This document shows, one piece after another, positions 50,501 through 60,500 of a DNA stretch of 64,000 nucleotides. The number at the start of each line of letters is the position of its first letter. The stretch's first letter is position 1. The position numbers and the translations under genes were made by a program. The notes beneath the pieces were generated by a model. The model worked only from the letters and a program-made list of their open reading frames with translations, made no database searches and was not told the origin of the DNA. Source of the DNA: Eledone cirrhosa (Eukaryota); assembly GCA_964016885.1 (NCBI GenBank), contig OZ024740.1:206398001-206462000 (forward strand). The letters run 5' to 3'.

Positions 50501-50667
50501 TAGTAGTTGTAGCACGTGGGGATGTTCTCTTGAGATGAGTGAAATGTATGTAAGGAGAATTACGTCATGTAGAGTGAGAAGAAATTCTTGCTCTGAAAAA
50601 ATCTGAAGACTAATATTCTTTTTAGAATAGCTGAATAATTTCTAGCTACCATATATGGAAAATGATA

Positions 50668-52655
50668 TAATAATAATAATGAAATTATTGTGTAAAGTGC
50701 TCAGGTGCACTACAACTCGTCAAAGGTGTATGTATAGTACATAGAATAATACACAAATGTCAGGGAAGTACATGTGTGTATATGTTAGCTGTAGTGTTGG
50801 CGGATCTCGGGAAGCATGGAGGCCTTAAAGGATGCAGTGTCTCGACAGCTAACAACTGATGCAGGTAGTTTGTTCCATGCTTCAGCACTCTGGGCGTGAA
50901 AAAATGTTTCCGAAAGTCATGAGAACTGTGCTGTTTTCTTACTTTGTGGGCATGTCCACGTATGTTAGACACATGGAAATCAAAAAGGTACTCAGGGTTG
51001 TTGTTGGCAACATGGTTAACAATTTTGTGGGTGTTTACCAAGTCAGTTGCCAGGCGTCGGAGCTTCAATGAATCCATGCCCAGGGAAGCAAGGCGCTCAG
51101 AGTATGGTAGATGCCTGATGGAGGGTATTTGCTTGGTTGCACGTCTCTGAACAGTTTCCAGGCGGTCAATGTTCTGAGCAAGATAGGGGTTCCAGACTGG
51201 TGATGCAAATTCTAAGTGTGGTCGCACCATAGCTGTATACAGCCTTAAATAGATATCTGGAGAGCAGCTGACAAAGGTCTTGCTGAGTGATGCTAAGACA
51301 CCCTCGGCCCTCTTGACAATTTTAGAGACGTGCCTCGTCCAATGCAAATCGCTGCTGACCGTAATGCCCAGGTCACGTTCATAGGAAGACTTCTTGATAT
51401 TAGTGCTGTGGAGGGAGTATGTGGACGCTGGGTTTTTACTCCCAAAATGCATGGTGGTGCACTTGTCCACAGCTAGCTTGAGTTGCCAGTCTGAGATCCA
51501 TTGTTGCATTGTGTCCAGGTCAGACTGCAAGCAAGATCTATAGTGTTCAGGATCTGTCCTTTTTATCTCAAGGTACAGCTTGATGTCGTCTGCGTACTTT
51601 AGTACTGTGGTATTCCTTAAGTTGGCATCTATGTCATTAATATATGCCACAAACAAAAGGGGGCCAAGAACAGATCCCTGTGGTACACCAGATGACATCT
51701 CATATGGTGAGGAATGCTGTCCCAGAACCGTGACTACCTCTCTTCGACTGAGAATGAAGGACTTCAACCAGTTAAAAAGATCATCCTTCACACCCATTGC
51801 AGAGAGTTTTGCCATAAGCCTTTTGTGTGGCACAGAATTGAAGGCCTTCGCAAAGTCAAGGTAAACAACATCCACCCATGAGCCGCCATCAGTGATCCGG
51901 GTGATGTCCTCAAGAAACTCTATAAGTTGATCACAGCAGCTGGAGTTGGGGATAAATCCAAATTGCGAGGGCCGGATAAGACTGTGAGAGCTCCAGAAGT
52001 TCCAAAGTGTTTCTCTGACACAGGATTCCATCAGTTTGGCGATGCAACTAGTAAGACTGACTGGACGATAGTTCACAGGTGATGTGCGGTCACCCTTTTT
52101 GAACAGAGGAATGACACTGGCAGTTTTCCACTGTTCTGGAGTAGCACTGTTGTTCAGACAGAATTGGAAGAAGCGTGATAACTGGTGTAGAAGGAAGTAC
52201 CCACCACGTTTAGGAAGCAGGTACGTAACACCATTAAGACCAGGAGAGGCATGGTTGCGTTTATTTTTTAGGTGACGTCGCAGCATTGCAGGTGTAAATT
52301 CCATGGTTGTAATAGAGTCCGGTGTCATAGGTGGTGGAGATGGTACACTCTGGTCTTCAATAGTGAAAATGCCTGCATAGCATTCAGCAATGAGCTCTGC
52401 GCATTCCTTGGGGTCGTCAGTAACCTGGCTTGTGTGGGGATTGCGAAGAGGACCAACTGGAGAGTGAGGCCTCTGCTTTGAGTGAACATACTTCCAGAAC
52501 ACCTTACTGTCAGGGCTGGTTGCTATGCGCTGCTCAAATTGAAGCACTGCCTTTTTTGTCACCTGTTTGAGGTGGTTGGACGATCTATTTCGCCTCTTCC
52601 TATTAATGTCTGATTTGTGAAGTTTGTACTCACGTTCAGCATTGCGCCGTTCTAT
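50668..52655 (-). mobile_element. 5'-truncated CR1-clade LINE: reverse transcriptase, short 3' UTR and (ATT)n tail; one frameshift near 50890
   Basis: ORF 50760..52562 has NYRPVSLTS, YLDFAKAF, SGVPQGSVLGPLLF, YADD, ERDLG, VRPHLEFASPVWNP, LETVQRRATK; frame stays open upstream to ~52655; no endonuclease domain. Confidence 0.95.
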
Positions 52656-54569
52656 TAATAGTAGTAAAATGATTAAACAAAGATACTAACAGCATTAATA
52701 ATAGTAAAAATAATACTAACTAGCGAGACTTATGGAAATTAAAATTTACAACTATGAACAATAGTATATGACAAGAAAGTTCACATCCAGAACTTTCAAA
52801 TGATATATGTATTTTGACATGAAAATGATCAAGCAAACTGTGCATGTTGCCCCTTCCACAGGGCTCTACAGTGATACCTATTAAATGTATTGTAAAGCTC
52901 CAAACTTACAGAGAGGATTCAGTTTTATACTCCATACCAGTGTATCAAAACTGAGCCCCCTACAGATAATGGATCGCAATATAGTCATGTCAGAAAATGC
53001 ATTAAAAGCTTACAACTTCCTTTAATCACTAATTTAATTGCTTATAGCCATTTTTAATATTCCATTAAAATTTTATTGAAATGGTATCATGTCCCCAAAT
53101 CTAAATTTATTTAGTTCTATACCAACTACAAATGTGGCAAAAACTGAAGTTCTTGTGGCTTGTACTTTTGGATTTAGCTAGATCTAAAACACATGAAAAG
53201 CTTATGCTCACGTCATGAAATCGACTGTTACATGCAATAAAATAGGCTATACATATTTTGAAAATTGCCAAAAAACTTTCATTTTCAAGAACCTGGAAAA
53301 ATAGGCAACTGTTGTCCCATAGACCCTATTAATTTATGTAATTTGAAGATAAATATCATCTCAATTTCAAAGATATGACATCATAAATATGGCTAATTAT
53401 TCATTTAGGCCTCAGGCAAGATTTCAACCAATTCGCTGACCATTCAAATTGTCATATCTCCTTAACTATTCATCCAAATTTCACAAATGGTGTATCAAAA
53501 TATTTTTTGGATGCTCTCCAAGTACAATCCTGTTTCTTTTCTGACACACCTCCTATATGTGCAGGGACATAGAAATACTCAGGTTGGTGCCTGAGTGCAT
53601 GGTTAGCTCACTGGGAGTGAGAGACCCTTTGTCCTCATTAGGATATCTCTGTAGGAGTGGGAAACTTTGATGTAAAACCTGTGGCTCAATAGTAACTGAT
53701 GATGATTATAGCTATTGTTGCTCAGTGAGTGGGATTGGTCCAGTGCAAGGCCCCCTTCCTCGCTATAAAAAGTTTCATGCACAGGCATCACTTGAGATTT
53801 TTGAATGATGTGAATAGCTGACCGTTAATACCCACTGGACTCAAACATTTACAGTATATATATATATATATATATATATAGGGTTTTATTAATTTTTAAT
53901 TGGTTTCTGGAAAGAATAATTATATTTTTATATAAGTATATCTTTTTCTTACGTTAAATTATTATTATTTCAAATTGTTTGAATATCCAACTTTCATCCT
54001 TTTAACCTATAATATATCTAGAGATTTTGTGTCCTATTGATAATAATAAATATACAATTAGAATAAGTATATACAGGAATATATATAAATATATACATAT
54101 ATATATATATATATATAGAAAATACCTTTAAATATTTATTTATAAACAAAAATGTTGACAGTGGATGTCATAATGTTTACATTAATTTTACATTTGAGGG
54201 TGTAGAATTGTATTAAAATTGGAAAATAATTTGGTATAATTCCTTAAAGCCTTTTATTTTAAGAAACTAATTTGTCATGATAGAAAGAGTTGTTTTCTGC
54301 TGGCAGTAGTTGACATCTGTAACATTATATATGACGGCATATAAGTCAACCAGCTTTGGACTTGAGATATCCGTCAAAACTGAAGCAGTTTGATGAATGG
54401 ACAAACATCTTATTACAATGGTATGGTTTGGCATGTGAATATGAAATTTATGGTAAACTCTTATGTTAGGTGACAGAAAAGCTGAAGGGGTGTATTATAT
54501 GCTATTATATACATTGGTAAGTATTCACAGTTTAGTCTCTGAGTAGTCACAATATTATTTTTCTCTGAC

Positions 54570-57500
54570 TTAAGTAGCTGTAGCAGTTTGGATAAGATGT
54601 AATCTCTCATGACGATTCTTGTTACTATTCTGAGAGAAAGCTTTGTCACAGAACATACATTTATATGGTGTTTCTCCTGTATGAGTCCTCATGTGAACGT
54701 CTAGATGAGCAGATTGTTTAAAGCTGCGCTCACAGTAGCTACATTTATAAGGAGTTTCCCCTGTATGTACACGTCTGTGTGTAAGCAGTGAAGAAAAACT
54801 CTTGCAATCTTTGTTACAGTAATCACACACATGTTTTTGTAAACCATTGTCAAAGTTAGCAGAGACAGTCTTCTGACTAATTGCTTGCTTTGAACTGCAA
54901 TCATCAATATCTAGGTTACTAACCAATGTCATATGCTCAGAGAATTTGTGTTCTACAAGTGCCTCATTAGTCTGGAATATTTTTTCACATATTTCACACT
55001 GGTGACAAGGAATACTTTCACCAAAGTTCTCAGGTGTATTAGTCTGATCGTCATGTTTACTTTCATTAAAAGCTTGCTTCAACTCTTGTTCATTTGAAAG
55101 AAGTCCTTTGACTTCCATAAGACATCTTCTCTTTATGTCACTCAGTCTTTTCAATTTTCTGTGTGGGACTTGGTTTTGATTATTTTTAGAAGGTTCATCT
55201 TGATGGTGCCTTTTGTTTGAGTTCTGATTAATGTCCAAAAGTGTAGTCCCGAGATCATAACTTGTATCTTGGTGTGTTTGGGTGTGTTCAGCTAGCTCCT
55301 TTTCTGTAGAAAACACAGCAAAACAAATATCACAGCAGTAACTTTGACATGGTTCTTCAGAACTAGTTACTGCTGAATTAACAGAAGGCTTAGAAAGTAT
55401 TCGACTGTTACTAAGTTCAAGATGTGCTTCAGTTTCACTGCTCAGGTGAACTCTCTCATGCCTGTTCTTGTTACTGTTCTGTGTAAATGATTTGTCACAA
55501 AATTGACATTTAAAAGGTGTTTCTCCAGTGTGGGTTCTTAAATGGACGTCCAGGTGTGCTGTCTGTTTAAATTGTCGTTTACAATATGGACACTTAAATG
55601 GTGTCTCTCCAGTGTGTACACGGCGATGGATAAGCAAAGATGATAAACTTTTGAACGTCTTGTTACAGAACTCACACACATTCAGGCCGCTGTTATTTCC
55701 ATTCTGTTCTAAAAGCCCAGATTCATCAGCTTCTTGTGAAAGATCTTGATCAAGTAGAGTTGAGCTAAATATTTCATCATTCCAGGAGTTATCAAAATTT
55801 TTAGAGTCTTGTTCTTCAGATTTTTCCTCACTGCTACATTCAAGATTAGAAGAGCAAGAGTGTGAGTAGAAATCGTCTTTATTATAAAATTCTTTTTTAC
55901 ACTGCTCACATAAATAGCAGACTTCTCTAATATGGTCGACAGGAACATCGTCAGTAGAGGTGTATGAACTTGCTTCTTGGTCACCTGTTGTCTCAGAGAT
56001 GTGTTGAAACACATGCTCAGTATATTGAGTTCTATCTGTAAAGTTTTGCTGACATATTTCACATAGGTAAACTGCCTTTTCAGTAACAGATGTTGTATCT
56101 TTATCTGAGATGTTATTTAAAGTATGAGACTGTTTGTGTCTTTCAAAATATCCTTTGTTAATATAGTTTTTACCACAAATATTGCACGAGTAAGGTATAC
56201 TTGAAAGCATATTATTAGTGCTGTCTTCTACCTCTTCAAGTGAAATCATTTTAGAACATTTGTGCTTACTCAAAGAACTGGCGTTTGCAAACCGACCATC
56301 ACAGATGGTACACAGATGAACTGTTTTAGCAGCAGCTCTTGCTCGAGCTTTCATTCTCTTCTTCCGAGCCAAATGAATACGATGATGACGATCACAATTA
56401 CTTTTCTGACTAAAAGATCGTCGACAATAGCTACACTTGAATGGAGTTTCACCTGTATGTATTCTAGAATGAGTTTCCAAGTGAGCAACTTGCTTGAAGC
56501 TTTTCAAACAGTATGTACATTGGTAAGGCTTCTCTCCTGTGTGTACTCGCCGGTGTATGATAAGTGCAGATTTACTACGAAATTGTCTTGGACAGAAATC
56601 ACATCTGAAATGGGAGTTTCTTAAATAGTACTTGGGGCCACGAGAGACAGACAAATCTACACAACTTGGGGAGTCTTCTTTGACAGCTAATTGTTTGTTA
56701 GTATTCACAGATAGCTGCTTATCATCACCAACATCGACTTCAGCTTTTAAAACACTGGTTTGTTGAGAGTCTTCCACATAAATCGAACCAGTCACATCAC
56801 TGTTACTGGCTTCTATCTTTGGTTCATTTTGGAGACCATACTCTATAGGAATGTTATTAAGAACAGTTGATTTTTTCTCTTCAAAATGTTGATTATAATG
56901 TAATGGCTTCTTATCTTTCCATTGCTGTTTACTGTTGGTCAAATACTCATGGTCATCTGAAGAATCTTTGTTGCAGGAATCTGAGTTTGGTTCAAGTGAC
57001 TCATTATTCTCAGGTGGAGCAAGATTGTCCATAACAGCTGAACTATTCACTGTGGTAATATCGGCAAAATGCATTCGTTGATGCCGGATTCGGTTACTGT
57101 TCTGTGTAAACTTTTTGTTACAAAATTGACAATGATAAGGAGTTTCACCTGTGTGTGTCCGCAGATGGACGTTGAGATGGATATTCTGTTTAAATCTCCG
57201 ATTGCAGTGGTGGCATTTGTATGGAGATTCTCCTGTGTGAATTCTACGATGAACATGTAATGCAGAGCTACTGTTAAATCCTTTCTCACAGAACTCACAG
57301 ATATGTTGATCAATAAGTAGGCTGCACTCACTCTGACTACACACTGTAGAAGGTGGCTCACTAACACTCACATCCTCATAGTTTTCTTTGGATTCTTGGT
57401 GAACAGACAATCTGTGCTGATGTAATTTTTCTTCATTAGTAAATTCTATATTGCATTGATCACAAAAATATTCTTTTCTATCTCCATCAGACAAGCAAGT

Positions 57501-60500
57501 CGATGTTATTTCCATAGCAATATCAATGCCACTAGGATTTTCTGTATCTTTAGAATTATCTTTTCCAATAAAATTTCCTTTCAGATGATGTATGGGATTT
57601 TCATAATCTTCAACAAGAATCTCTTTTTTTATCAAATTTTCAAAATCTAATATTTGTGAATTCTTCTTATATTTAAAGTTAGGTTGTTTTGTACTATCTC
57701 TCTGCAGCCCATCACTATCGTCCACCTCTGCAGTATTGTCACTGTCTTCTCCATCCCCCAGCTGACCACTACAGTGAGGCTGAGGAGTAGCAAGACCTTC
57801 ATTATCAGAACAATTCCCAAATTCCTCAACAGTCATATGCAAAGATGATTCTTCAAGGCTTGCAGAAAGTGCTCTTGATTTCTGTTGTCTAGCAGTATGA
57901 TCATTGAATTCCTTCTGTTCTGAATGTGTAGCCATGTGACAATTAAAATGTGAGGCAAGAGTAAATTCCTCACCACAAATGTTGCATGAAAACAGATCTG
58001 TTGCATTGTGTATCTTATCTTTCAATGGCTCATTAATTTTTAATGCTAAGTGTGAAGTTCCATCTTGAGATAAGGTGGTAGAATTTGGGCTAATATCATC
58101 TGTTGTTATTGGAACCTGTCTTGAGGAACCTTTGCACAGTCTTTTATGTTTATTCAAAGCAGACTCTGTCCTGAATTTAATTCTACAAGAATAACAATTA
58201 AAAAATACTTCCTTTGACTGATTCACATGTTTATCTGAGTGAGTAGACTTGTCTACCTCTTTCAGATTGGAGTCATTTTCTGTAGATAAATCTGATATGG
58301 GTTGAAGATCATCATTAGGGAAGGAATCTGTTTCTAATCCTAGACTGACAGAACAATTAGAGACATCTACATCTTCATCATTTACAAGTTTATCATTAGC
58401 TGCAAAACAAACAGTTTGGTGTTCAGTGAAGTCCAAACCATTTTCAAACAATGCCCCACATACAGGACATCTAAAACATAACGTATCATTCTGCTCAGAT
58501 GATCCACTAACTCCACCAATATCTTTCTGAAGCTCAGTTCTTGGAGAATTCTGATTGGATTGTATAATGGTGTTATTGTCTAGCTGATGAGTTTTTTCAT
58601 GTCGAAGTCTATTGTTGTTCTGAGAAAAGCTTCTGTCACAATACTGGCACTTGTATGGAGTCTCACCAGTATGTATTCTCATATGGACATCACGGTGAGC
58701 TGCTTGTTTAAAGCTTTTTTGACAGAAACTACACTTGTAAGGTGTTTCCCCCGTGTGAACTCGTCGATGAGTAATGAGAGCTGAAGTACTATTGAATGTT
58801 TTCTCACAAAATTCACAAATCTTTACAGACTGGCCTTGACTAACAGAATCTTTCATTAGATTTACACTGGATTGACACTGAGAAGTATTTCGATTGCTAA
58901 ACATTGTTGAAGACTGGTCCAAAAGATGAGAAACCTGGTGTACATCAAGTTCATCTTTGTTCACAAACTGTACACTACATAACTCACATTCATTGTTCCC
59001 AATAACTTTTTTACTATTTGAACAGTTTTTCACAAAGTAACCACTATTATTTTCACAATCTGACACAGTACAGTTCTGTATGCAGCCATTTAAAGCTGGC
59101 TTGTTACAATTACCAGCCATTTGTAGATCACACTCACCATTATTTACTATGTTACACTGTTTACACTTATTATTACATCCAGTTAAATCTCTTTCACAAC
59201 AGTTCCAATCTTTAGGAGTTTCACTTTCGGAATTGAAACTCTGTGAAACTGAAGGCAGTTTTCGTTTCTTCTTGTATTCTTCTGATTGGCCATCTTGTTG
59301 GCAAGGAATGTTGTGACTGTTGAGGTGATCTAGAAACTCTTCATAGTTGCTGAACTTTGAAATACAAAATTCACAATTGTAAATTCGATTAGAAGTTTGC
59401 TGGCCAGCTGGCTGCTCATAACTACCATCTAAATTCTGTGATTGCAGGTGAATCCTTTGATGTCGAATTCGGTTACAGTTTTGACTAAACTGTTTGCTGC
59501 AATATGCACATTTATAAGGTGTCTCCCCAGTGTGTGTCCGTAGATGTACATCAAGGTGAGCAACTTGTCTAAAACCACGATGACAATATTCACATTGGAA
59601 TGGCATTTCCCCTGTATGTATTCTGCGATGGATCACCAATGCAGAGTGGTTACGGAAGTCTTTCTTACAAAATTCACATACATTTAAACCATTAGAAACC
59701 AAAAGGGTGTCTTGTTCATTAAATTGGTTGGCCATTACTTCTGTAGTAGTAGCAGTAGTGGTAGCAGTAGATGAATTTGATGGAGTTAAAGCTACTGTCA
59801 CATCTTGATTACATTTTACTGACTGATTAGTAGAGACATTGTGACACAATTTATGTTCACTCAAGTCTTGCTGAGAAACAAAGTCGGAGTTACATGTCTT
59901 ACAGTTGAAAATCTTGTTAACATCTGCCAAATCTTCTTTGGTATTACAATTTGATATGTTGGTATTGCTTCTTATTAAATGTCCTTCACTGTTGGAGGTG
60001 GAACTGAAAGAGTTAGCTCTTTCTTCAAAGTTATCATCCTCAAGCTGGTTGCAAGAAGGTCTGGGAAGATTGAAAGTATTCCTGGTAGCAACCTCTTGTA
60101 AATGTTTCACTTGTTGATGATAATGGAAGCTTGTAATGTCAGGAAAAAACTTTCCACAGAGTTCACATTTGAAAACACCCCTATCAACCTCAGAGAAGTT
60201 ATTATTATTATTACTAATAATAATAATTTCCTCAGAAGCTGGCTGAGACTTCATCATTTCCATACAGTTATTATGACAACTTTTATGGGCCATAAAACTT
60301 GTATAATTAGTGAACTTTGAATTACAGATTTGGCAGTCATGAGTTCCAAGTCTTTCATCGGGAGGATAAGTTATATCATTGCTAACAAAACCTGTAGGCA
60401 TACCCTGCTCAGAAGTCTTTAAGCTTGCTGCTTCAATCCAATTATTTGTTTTGGATCCTTTGTTTTGAGAATTTTCAATGTAGCCACCTTCATAAAGCAA

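Noticed and set aside
50760-52562. Domesticated RT gene or retron-like system
   Set aside because: No true start codon, 5' truncation, a frameshift and a LINE tail indicate an ordinary dead CR1-clade copy.
52700-53850. Possible DNA-transposon or conserved element downstream of the ZNF gene
   Set aside because: No TIR, TSD, ORF or second copy could be established from this window.
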